Below, piece by piece: positions 51,305 through 62,219 of a stretch of 64,000 nucleotides of DNA (positions within the stretch are counted from its first letter, which is position 1; each line of letters opens with the position of its first letter). The notes beneath the pieces are model-generated. The model did not search any database. It was given only the letters and a program-made list of their open reading frames with translations, and was not told the origin of the DNA. The DNA is from Scyliorhinus canicula (Eukaryota): contig NC_052158.1 of assembly GCF_902713615.1 (NCBI RefSeq), positions 14,876,546-14,940,545 of the forward strand, written 5' to 3'. A program made the translations under genes and the position numbers.

Positions 51305-52867
51305 AACCTCCTGCTTTTATTTCAGATTTCCAGCAGCCCAGGGTTTGCTGGAGTTGCATCGCTGCCAAACCCTGATGTGTTGCACCCTGGTGTAAAGTGG
51401 ACCACCTGGCCATTGCTGTTTGTGGGATCTTGCCAGGCGTCAACCGAGCTTGCCGCCTTTCTGGCATTGCAGCGCGGACTTTGGAGAGTTGGCCGGAGAG
51501 CACATTGGGACTATTTTCTGGGGCGGTGAAAGGTGCCGTGCAAATTCCTCAGGAAAACCTTGGGAACATTTAACCACATGGAAGGGCTCGACACTCCAGC
51601 TGGAGTTCATTCCATCGAGGTAGCCAAGGCACATTACTAAAATGCAGTGAGCAGAATCAGACACTGGGGCGCTCTTTTAACCAGAACAGCTAATTGAGTG
51701 ATGTTGACTGATGACATTAAGGAGGCTGAGGTGTAAAACTTTCTACAGAAATAAAACACTTGGATTGATATGGAATCGCCAGATAGTGAGTCACTGCGGA
51801 GCTCCTCTCACGTGGGTGTGAGACAGGTCCGCACAACACACACCAGAGATGACAGGCCTGAACTCACACTGCAGCCGGATAAAGTTACTGAGGGAACTAA
51901 AACCGGGTAGGCCGCTGCCGCCTCCTCGGCCAGCCACTCCAATCACCGGCACAAGAACATCTGCCCCCTCGATCATCGGCAGGCTCTGTGCCACGAGTAG
52001 AGTCTCCCCCCCCAATCTCACCTGTCAGGTTGAAATCGATGGGCCACACGGGTGGGCAGTCGCTCAATAACAATTCGAAGCCTCTCAGAATGGAAGAAAT
52101 AAGGGGCAGGAGTAGGCCGCTCGACCTTCTCAAGCCTGATACGCATTTCGACAAGATAATGGCTGATCCTCTGATCTCAATTCCACTTGCTTGCAGGATT
52201 CCCCATGCCCCTTCATTCGCTTAGTGCCCAAGAACCTATCAATCTCAGCCTGGAACATTCTCAATGACTGGGCATCCTCAACACAGTGGAGTAGAGAGTT
52301 TCAAAGATCCTCCAGGTGGAAAAATGTCTCCTCCTCTCAGCCCTAAATGGGCCGACACTCATCGTCAGTCTATGCCCCGACGTTCGAAGGCTCTCCAGCC
52401 CAAGGGGGGATCAGCCTCCCCCTCCATCCAGGCCTCTCAGAATTCTCTTCCCTCGGCATTGAGGCGAATGGTACTCACTCAGCGACCGACCTTCAGGTTA
52501 TGCGACTGGGGACCAACAATGGTGGAGGAATATGAGCTCACGTCCCCCCCTGGGCAACTCGAGAATTGAGTCTGAGGCAAAGCAATCCTGGAAATGGTCA
52601 GGTTTTAAGCAATGTGGTGAAAGAGGAAAGAGAGACGTGGGATAACTGCAGAGAGGGATTTCTAGAGACCAGGGCGCAGGCAACTAAAAATGCAGCCACC
52701 GATGGCGGAACGATCAAAATCAGGGGGTGCTCAGGTGGCAGATTTGGAAACGCTGCCAATATCTTGGAATTTTGAGGGGCTGGAGGAGATGACAGAGATA
52801 GGGAGGGGACAAGGCCTTGGGAGGCGTTTGAAAGGGGAAGGTAGTGCTTGTTCAGCCAGTTTCTCAC

Positions 52868-52955
52868 CATTGCCATTCGGTTGTAGCACTTTCCCATTCT
52901 TGTACCAGGTAACATTGGGGATGGGATAGCTGTCCATCACGACACACTTTCCAAT
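52868..52955 (-). CDS. Ig receptor exon 3: IGKCVVMDSYPIPNVTWYKNGKVLQPNGN
   Basis: Acceptor tcttctctgcag, donor G|gtgaga, 88 nt, phase 0-1. Aligns with ALCAM LGDCISEDSYPDGNITWYRNGKVLHP (B-strand Cys, C-strand Trp). Confidence 0.93.
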
Positions 52956-54457
52956 CTGCAGAGAAGAGATGCAAAGTTGAAACCAAGTCCAGGAGAAGGT
53001 AATAAGGACCCTGTTTGGGCTCACGTGGGGCTCATTAAGGTGAAGGCTGTTGGCTGAGGGGATTGGGGAACATTTCAGCCGGTGGGACTGTAAAATCAGC
53101 ACCGTCGGATCGATTTCCTGATTAATCGACATTTATTGCCCATCCCTAATTGCCCCTTCAGGAGGTGGTGGTGAGGCATCTTCTTGAATCCGCCGCAGTC
53201 CCTGTGGTGTCGTGTCACCTATAGTGCCATTAGGGAGGGAGTTCCAGGGTTTTGACCCAGCGACAGTGAAGGAACGGCCAATATATTTCCAAGTAAGGAT
53301 GGTGAGTGACTTGGAAGGGGGACTAGCAGAAGGCGTTATTTACAAGTATCTACTGCCCTTATCCTTCCAGGTGATTAAGGTCACAGGGTTGGAAGGCACT
53401 GAACAGCTTTGTTGAGTTCCTGCAGGGCATCTTGTGTGGGTGCACCGGGCAGAGGGAGCAGATGGTTCATTTCAAAGAAAAGTACCATTGGGTGCGTAAC
53501 ACAACGGCTGGTCAATAATCCATCACTGCCTATTTTTCCACCTATCCAGGTTAAACTGTATCCCCCCCAACTCCCACCACCTCTGTAGGCATCCTGGGTC
53601 TGGCAATAGGAGGGAGCAGGTGCCCAGGATAGTCCATCAGTGACCTCTGTGTGGGTCTGTCGTGGCGGGATTCGAACCCAAGCTTCCCCCCCCAGGGGTC
53701 AACAGACGATACCAGCAGGCCACTGCCTCCTGGTGAGGTCAGCCCATTGGCATTCAGTGGGCAAGTGGTGGTCAAATACTCCTTGAGCAGTTGGTGCCTC
53801 TGGTCCATGGTAACATGATTGGACAACCCTTTCAGAGCTATCAATCTTAATCGATTGGTCTACAATAGATATAGAGGCGATAAGGAGAACCCCACTGATA
53901 AAGAACATCGGTCCAAGGTTTTCTATTCCACCCAAGCCACACTTGCCCTATATCAAATCTCAAAGCACGTATATTACACCCCAAAATATTCTTTTCTCTG
54001 AGAGAAGTTCCCCTAATTTGCCTTTGAATGAAGCACCGCAAACTTATTCTGCTGTCTCCCCGGGCAATCTGTTCCACCTCCCTGATGTTTTTGCCCTCTT
54101 CCAAAGAGATGCTCCCTCCCATCCTGTGACATGGCAGCATAATGGGCAGGTTGGGGGCAGCACGGTGGAGCAGTGGGTTAGCCCTGCTGCCTCACGGCGC
54201 CGAGGTCCCAGGTTCGATCCCGGCTCTGGGTCACTGTCTGTGTGGAGTTTGCACATTCTCCCCGTGTTTGCGTGGGTTTCGCCCCCACAACCCAAAGATG
54301 GGCAGGGTAGGTGGATTGGCCACACTAAATTGCCCCTTAATTGGAAAAAATGAATTGGATAGTCTAAATTTAAAAAAAAATAATGGGCAGGTTGGAGCTG
54401 GGGCGGGATTTCATCATCACAAATAGAATCTTAAACCAGCGGTTCTGCAAACATTAC

Positions 54458-54522
54458 CTCAGAACGTGTGTCAACAGTAATTGTCATGTAGTTTGCTGTC
54501 AACTCAGGTTTGGCTGGCCGCT
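54458..54522 (-). CDS. Ig receptor exon 2: (E)RPAKPELTANYMTITVDTRSE, start of first Ig domain
   Basis: Acceptor ttcattttcag, donor GAG|gtaatg, 65 nt, phase 1-0. P.KPE motif as in ALCAM KQPSKPEI and RAGE IPGKPEI. Confidence 0.88.
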
Positions 54523-54564
54523 CTGAAAATGAACATAGTTATGTTAGCTCTTGGCAGCACATAG

Positions 54565-54813
54565 TGTTAACATGTACGAGATGCTGTGGTATGAAGAGGC
54601 AAGAGTTCAGCTCCTTTTTCACCAACACACCTTTAATGGTTCAAACTCACTCTGCACAGGACTCTACAGATCATCACAAGCTCCAGAGTCCACCTGAAGC
54701 CCCTTTACATATCAGTGTCAATCATTGAACACTTAACATAAATGAGACAATCTTTGAACACTTAACATAAATGAGACAACTAATTGCAATGTCTCTTAAC
54801 CCATTACTTAACA
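54565..54813 (-). mobile_element. Short solo LTR
   Basis: tgttaa...ttaaca inverted termini, near-perfect 5-bp TSD catag/cacag. Confidence 0.6.
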
Positions 54814-56409
54814 CACAGTCTGTCACAGTTACCCATCATGCTTCCAATGTGTTATAGATAACAAAAAACTGATAGTAGATGCTATATCTGTCTGTCTATC
54901 TCATCTATCAATCTTTTATTCTATCAAACAACTGATTGATCAATCCATGAATTGATCATTGTATTAGCTGCTCTGTTTATTTGTCTGTCTATCTGCCCTT
55001 CTATCTATCTTATCTTTCAATTTATCACTCTATTAATCAAATTATTCATCTATCCATTAATTGGGGGCAGCACGGTGGCGCAGTGGTTAGCACTGAAGTC
55101 TCACGGCGCCGAGGTCCCAAGTTTGATCCTGACTCTGGGTCACTGTCCGTGTGGAATTTGCATATTCTTCCCATGTGTGTGTGTGGGTTTTACCCCCAAA
55201 ACCCAAAAGATGTGCAGGGTAGGTGGATTGGCCACGCTACATTGCCCCTTAATTGGAACAAATGAATTGGGTACTCTAAATTTCAAAAAAGATCTATCCA
55301 TCAATTGATCATTACACCAAATGGTTTGTTTATTCGTCTGTCCATCCGCCTACCATTCCGTCCATCTATCTATCTGCTGTAAGTTGCTTAGCCTAGCTTT
55401 GAAATGATTACTGAGATGTCGGTGTGTTCAACTGGCTCATTTTATACAACTGAACTATGTACAGCTGTCCATGATCAGGGGGCAGAATTCTAGGTTTTCC
55501 CCACTGGGTTTGCAAGTGAGGAGATGGAGGGGGGTGGGGGTGGGGAGATTGAACATTTCACAAGTAGATTTCTCGCTGGGTTGCCACCCACCTGAACCTC
55601 TCTGAAATCCTAGGCCCAGGTTGTCCCACCCATCCTTGCTGCAGTGGCCAAGTATTGACCACTTAACAACTGTGTCCTGCCCGGTCCCAGTTTTCAATCA
55701 TTGATCTCCCCGTGGAACCCATTGAGTCCGGGTTCCCCAGGTAGGGGGAGACGGAAGTCAAATACCTGGGGCTCGTTAGGAGCAACGGATAAAAGCAGGC
55801 CCAACTCAGGGCCTCGTGTAACAAGTCCTCCCAGCTAGGATTGCTACTGAGAGTGAGGGGCAGCATTACACAGACGATTGTAAATATGTAAATCAATCCT
55901 TCTTTGCTTACTGCAGCTTTCCTCTGAGTTATTAGAATATTCTGATCCCCAAACTCTAGGTTCCTTTTTAATAATCTAATAGTAAACATAATTGTTGTCA
56001 CAAGTAGGCTTACATTAACACTGCAATGAAGTTACTGTGAAAATCCCCCAGTTGCCATATTCTGGCACCTATTCGAGTACACAGAGGGAGAATTCAGAAT
56101 GTGCAAATTACCTAACAGCACGTCTTTCGGGACTTGTGGGAGGAAACCCACGCAGACATGGGGAGAACGTGCAGACTCTGCACAGACAATGGCCCAAGCC
56201 GGGAATCGAAACCAGGTACCTGGCGCTGTGAAGCAACAGTGCTAACTACTGTGCAACTGTACCACCATGGGATAATAAAGTTTAGAGGAAAAATGACAAT
56301 ATTTGTATGAATAAAACAGAGAAAGAGAGAGGGTGGGATTAACCGTTCCGCCAGCCGTGTTTTCCTGAGCGCCGCGTTCCTCGCCGGCAGCAGGATTCTC
56401 TGTTCCCGC

Positions 56410-56650
56410 TACAGAGATACGGTACAGAGATGTGCTACAGAGATATGGTACAGATACGGTACAGAGATGTGCCACAGAGATATGGTACAGATACGGCACA
56501 GAGGTACGGTACAGATACGACAGAGAGATGTGCTACTGAGATACGGTACAGATACGGTACAGAGATGTGCTACAGAGATATGGTACAGATATGTCACAGA
56601 GATACAGTACAGATACGGCACAGATATGGAACAGAGATTTGGTACAGCGG
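56410..56650. repeat. Low-complexity (acagagatacggt/acagagatgtgct) repeat
   Basis: Directly visible 11-13-bp units. Confidence 0.85.
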
Positions 56651-56762
56651 CACAGGTCACAGGTGACCATGAAGGGTAGGATCCTTGTAACATCCCAATA
56701 TGCTCACTGCTGCCCGTTAAGGAGGGAGTCCCGTTGTTCAGTGACATGGCTAACACTTAATT

Positions 56763-57410
56763 GACCTCCCAAGTGAATATCCCTCCTTTTTCGGGACAAT
56801 CCTCCAAAGTGACTATCCCTCCTTTCCCAGGATCCCTCCAAAGTGACAATCCATCCTTTCCCGGGATCCCTCCAAAGTGACAATCCATCCTTTCCCGGGA
56901 TCCCTCCAAAGTGACTATCCCTCCTTTCCCAGGATCCCTCCAAAGTGACTATCCATCCTTACCCGGGATCCCTCCAAAGTGACTATCCATCCTTTCCCGG
57001 GATCCCTCCAAAGTGACAATCCATCCTTTCCCAGGATCCCTCCAAAGTGGCTTTCCATCCTTTCCCGTGATCCCTCCAAAGTGACTATCCATCCTTTCCC
57101 AGGATCCCTCCAAAGTGACTATTTATCCTTTCCCAGGATCCCTCCAAAGTGACAATCCATCCTTTCCCGGGATCCCACCATAGTGACTATTCCTCCTTTC
57201 CCAGGATCCCTCCAAAGTGACTATCCATCCTTTCCCGGGATCCCTCCAAAGTGGCTTTCCATCCTTTCCCGGGATCCCACCATAGTGACTATCCATCCTT
57301 TCCCAGGATCCCTCCAAAGTGACTATCCATCCTTTCCCAGGATCCCTCCATAGTGACTATCCATCCTTACCCGGGATCCCTCCAAAGTGACAATTCTTCC
57401 TTTCCCGGGG
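56763..57410. repeat. 34-bp minisatellite (ggatccctccaaagtgactatccatcctttcccg)n
   Basis: Spacing 34 bp (56831/56865), about 19 units. Confidence 0.95.
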
Positions 57411-58191
57411 TAACCAAGGGACAGATAGTCTCGCCAGCTCTGCCCATAATCCCAGGAATGAAAAACTCGAGGTGTTTGGATGAGGGGAAGGCGGAGGAGA
57501 GTCAGAGCGAGACAGTGAAACCCTGGGCATGCAGGTCACATTCCTGCTGTCAGCAACTCTCCCAGCCAGGGCTGACTCAAAAGGAGCAGTGGAAACTTTC
57601 CAGACTGTTTGTGAAGTGTTTCTCTCTGCGGTGCATGTGGGCTGCTGGTGGGAGATATCAGCGCGCAATCTGTGCCTTGGCGTGAGCTTTCCTTTCTTCC
57701 AATTCCTCCTGCAGGCTGATGGCAGCAGATTGTGCCTGACTCACGGTCAGTCATAACAGGCCTGTCTGCCTCTGGGTGACAACAGGCGCCATCCCAGACC
57801 CGCTTGGCTGTGGGAGGGTGAGGTGCGGCAATTGTGTTTGTTTTACACCGACTGATTCCCATCTCACTGCCATCTACTGATCTGGTTATCTGCGAATAAC
57901 TTGCACAGAAAGGATCCTCCTCCGCCTGCAACCCAACAAGGGCTGAATTCAGGGGGTTGGGCACTCACTTCACAGCCACGGCTTCAGGTTTCACCCAGGC
58001 AAGCCAGCACAGGTTGGTTCTTTCCTGTAGTGCAAGAGAAGCAGCAGCCGATTCGCACACTGGAGGCTCCTGTGTAGAGCAGCATTTCATTAACTGGACA
58101 ATGGGATTATGACCGAGACAGGCAAAATTCCCCCGCTCTCCCGGGAATCACACAGTGTCCCCGCCCCCCACACAGGCACACCCCTTATTGC

Positions 58192-60680
58192 CCCTCTGAC
58201 AGAGCAGCACTCCCACAGTACTGACCCTCTGACAGTGCAGCTCTCCCTCAGTACTGACCCACTGACATTGCAGCACTCCCTCAGTACTGACCCTCTGACA
58301 GTGCAGCACTCCCTCAGTACTGACCCTCTGACAGTGCAGCACTCCCTCAGTACTGACCCTCTGACATTGCAGCACTCCCTCAGTACTGACCCTCTGACAG
58401 TGCAGCACTCCCTCAGTACTGACCCTCTGACAGTGCAGCTCTCCCTCAGTACTGACCCTCTGACAGTGCAGCACTCCCTCAGTACTGACCCTCTGACAGT
58501 GCAGCACTCCCTCAGTACTGACCCTCTGACATTGCAGCACTCCCTCAGTACTGACCCTCTGACAGTGCAGCTCTCCCTCAGTACTGACCCTCTGACAGTG
58601 CAGCTCTCCCTCAGTACTGACCCTCTGACAGTGCAGCTCTCCCTCAGTACTGACCCTCTGACAGTGCAGCACTCCCTCAGTACTGACCCTCTGACAGTGC
58701 AGCACTCCCTCAGTGCTGACCCTCTGACAGTGCAGCACTCCCTCAGTACTGACCCTCTGACAGTGCAGCACTCCCTCAGTACTGACCCTCTGACAGTGCA
58801 GCACTCCCTCAGTGCTGACCCTCTGACAGTGCAGCACTCCCTCAGTGCTGACCCTCTGACAGTGCAGCTCTCCCTCAGTACTGACCCTCTGACAGTGCAG
58901 CACTCCCTCTGTACTGACCCTCTGACAGTGCAACACTCCCTCAGTACTGACCCTCTGACTCTGCAGCTCTCCCTCAGTACTGACCCTCTGACTGTGCAGC
59001 GCTCCCTCAGTTCTGACCCTCTGACAGTGCAGCACTCCCTCAGTACTGACCCTCTGACAGTGCAGCACTCCCTTAGTACTGACCCTCTAACAGTCCAGCA
59101 CTCCCCCAGTACTGACCCTCTGACAGTGCAGCACTCCCTCAGTGCTGACCCTCTGACAGTGCAGCACTTACTGATCCCCTGACAGTGCAGCACTCCCCCA
59201 GCCCTGACACTGAAAGTCCAGCAGTCCTTCAGCATTGAACCCTTGACAGTGTGGCACTCCCTGTACTGCCCCTCCGACAGTGCAGCTCTCCCTCAGTACT
59301 GATCCTCTGACAGTGCGGCACTGCCTATGTACTGACCCTCTGACAGTGCAGCACTCCCTCAGTACTGACCCTCTGACAGTGCAGCATTCCCTTAGTACTG
59401 ACTTTCTGACGGTGCAGAACTCCCTCAGTACTGACCCTCTGACAGTGCAGCACTCCCCCAGTACTGACCCTCTGACAGTGCAGCACTCCCTCAGTGCTGA
59501 CCCTCTGACAGTGCAGCACTCCCTCAGTACTGATCCCCTGACAGTGCAGCACTCCCCCAGCCCTGACACTCTGAAAGTCCAGCAGTCCTTCAGCATTGAA
59601 CCCCTGACAGTGTGGCACTCCCTGTACTGCCCCTCCGACAGTGCAGCTCTCCCTCAGTACTGACCCTCTGACAGTGAAGCACTCCCTCAGTGCTTACCCT
59701 CTGACAGTGCAGCACTCCCTCAGTACTGATCCCCTGACAGTACAGCACTCCCCCAGCCCTGACACTCTGAAAGTCCAGCAGTCCTTCAGCATTGAACCCC
59801 TGACAGTGTGGCACTCCCTGTACTGCCCCTCCGACAGTGCAGCTCTCCCTCAGTACTGACCCTCTGAGAGTGCAGCTCTCCCTCAGTACTGACCCTCTGA
59901 CGGTGCAGGACTCCCTCAGTACTGACCCTCTGACGGTGCAGGACTCCCTCAGTACTGACCCTCTGACGGTGCAGGACTCCCTCAGTACTGACCCTCTGAC
60001 AGTGCAACACTCCCTCAGTACTGACCCTCTGACTCTGCAGCTCTCCCTCAGTACTGACCCTCTGACTGTGCAGCGCTCCCTCAGTTCTGACCCTCTGACA
60101 GTGCAGCACTCCCTCAGTACTGACCCTCTGACAGTGCAACACTCCGTCAGTACTGACCCTCTGACAGTGCAGCGCTCCCTCAGTACTGACCCTCTGACAG
60201 TGCCGCACTCCCTCAGTACTGACCCTCTGACAGTGCCACACTCCCTCAGTACTGACCTTCTGACAGTGCGGCACTCCCTCAGTACTGTCCCTCTGACAGT
60301 GCAGCACTCCCTCAGTACTGACCCTCTGACAGCGCAGCGCTCCCTCAGTACTGACCCTCTGACAGTGCCGCACTCCCTCAGTACTGACCCTCTGACAGTG
60401 CCACACTCCCTCAGTACTGACCTTCTGACAGTGCCGCACTCCCTCAGTACTGACCCTCTGACAGTGCAGCATTCCCTCAGTACTGACCCTCTGACATTGC
60501 AGCATTCCCTCAGTACTGACCCATCTGACATTGCAGCATTCCCTCAGTACTGACCCATCTGACATTGCAGCACTCCCTCAGTACTGACCCTCTGACAGTG
60601 CAGCACTCCCTCAGTACTGACCCTCTGACATTGCAGTGCTCCCTCAGTACTGACCCTCTGACTGTGCAGTCCGCCCTCAC
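58192..60680 (-). repeat. Same 33-bp minisatellite in the opposite orientation, with a higher-order insert repeated three times
   Basis: About 70 units. Insert cagccctgacactctgaaagtccagcagtccttcagcattgaac at about 59199, 59558 and 59754. Confidence 0.95.
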
Positions 60681-60899
60681 TACTGCACGTTATTCCCCTC
60701 CAACGACACATTAGTTAAAAGGCTCTTTGCCATTTGGAATTCACACCTGTCAGGCAAATGATCTGAACCCAAATCCTGACAGCAATTGACAAGTTCGAGC
60801 ATAAAGCAATCTTGCTCTGAAAGGACTTTAAAAGAAACAATCCTGGGAGAGAGAGGTAGGGAACTCCGTACTCTAACCATGTCTGAAATCCTCACCCTC

Positions 60900-61410
60900 G
60901 TGATTAAAACCTAACTGTAACCAAATACGAAATCTTATCCCAATTTTGACCCTATCTTGAATCGTAGCCGTAACAATGACCATTAACTGAGTCCTAACCA
61001 CAGCCACAATGTAACCCTATTCCTAATTTCATCCCGTAACATGACCCAAACTCCAATCACAATTGAACACAGGCTCACACCCTATCGCGAACCCTAACCC
61101 GAAACACGAACCCTTACCCTATCCTAAACTGAACCATAACGCAAGCCTTACCAGTATCTCTAACCCTCTCCCTTACCCTCAGACTAAACAAACCTCTCAC
61201 CATAGCCAAGACCTGAACCCCATTCCCAACTCTAATCTTGTCCCCCAATTGGCCCCGAATCTTATTCCTAGCTCCAGCTATAACCCTAACCCTAATGCCA
61301 ACCTTAGCCTTAACCGTAACGTAGACATATCTCTATCCCTAACTCTAATTCCAGCCATGAACCTGAGTGATTCCTAACCCTCGCCCTGCTCCCAACCCCT
61401 ATCCCTGTAC
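60900..61410. repeat. Degenerate (CCCTAA)n-like hexamer repeat in intron 1 of the Ig gene
   Basis: Recurrent ccctaa/cctaac/ccttaa/ccgtaa hexamers. Confidence 0.65.
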
Positions 61411-61495
61411 ATGACCCTGAATCCTCGGAGCTTAGGAACTCCAGGATAAATAAGATCAACTTTGCTGTGAGGAAGGATGAAGTGGGAGTACTTAC

Positions 61496-61565
61496 CATGC
61501 GGGGAGACAACGTGAGCATAAGCTGAGAGAAGGAGTGCACAGGTCAGAGCAGAAGCTATGGCCAT
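61496..61565 (-). CDS. ALCAM/MCAM/BCAM/AGER-family Ig receptor exon 1, signal peptide MAIASALTCALLLSAYAHVVSPH
   Basis: Good Kozak context (agcATGG), hydrophobic leader, 70 nt ending in phase 1 at a strong donor G|gtaagt, the typical IgSF leader exon. Confidence 0.8.
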
Positions 61566-62219
61566 GCTGAGCGGATACTGAGCAACTGAAGATGTGTTTA
61601 CTGTGTATTGCCGATTGCAGTTCAACAAGATCACTTCTCTTCTGGGTTGGGAACTCCTACAAGCTGCAGCAATCGGCAGTGGAGCTTCGAGCAAAAGTTA
61701 ACCCTTTCCCAGCTGGCTCACTCACTGAATCAACCCCCTGCCTCCTCGGCCAGCAACACGTCATTGACCAATTTAAAAATACTTCACCATTCAGGCCTCC
61801 ATATGATACTAAGCATGGAGAAGCCGCAGAGAAGGCGATTGCAGATCTGAGAGTTTATCATGGTGGCGAAGGATTGGACAGGCTGGGGATATTTTCTCCA
61901 GGAAGGGAATTACGGGGGTGAAGCACTGGCCCAGAACACTGGGAGGAACTCCCTTGCTCCCCTTCAATACGGTGTTGCGGGGTCATTTCCGATGCGGCAA
62001 CACATCTGACAGTGCAGCTCTCCCTCAGTGGGCAGAAACAGCGGGGAGGGGCTCATTGAATGGCTCTTTAAAAAAAAGGGAGCAATTTTAATCTAGCTCG
62101 CTGGGCAGGTACCCGTGGTGGGGGTGGGGGGTGGGGGGTGGTGTTCAGGTGGAATACTAGGTTGACAGACTTGCCCATATTACTCACCACCGACTTCAAT
62201 TTTTTTTGGGGGGGGGGAA

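Noticed and set aside
51920-51934. 15-bp sequence gcctcctcggccagc shared with the Ig-gene upstream region (61740-61754)
   Set aside because: A 15-mer match is expected by chance in a window this size, and the flanks do not align convincingly.
57968-58068. Candidate V-domain exons (also 60680-60746 and 55766-55846)
   Set aside because: Each has a stop codon in the phase required by the leader exon and lacks Ig Cys/Trp patterning.
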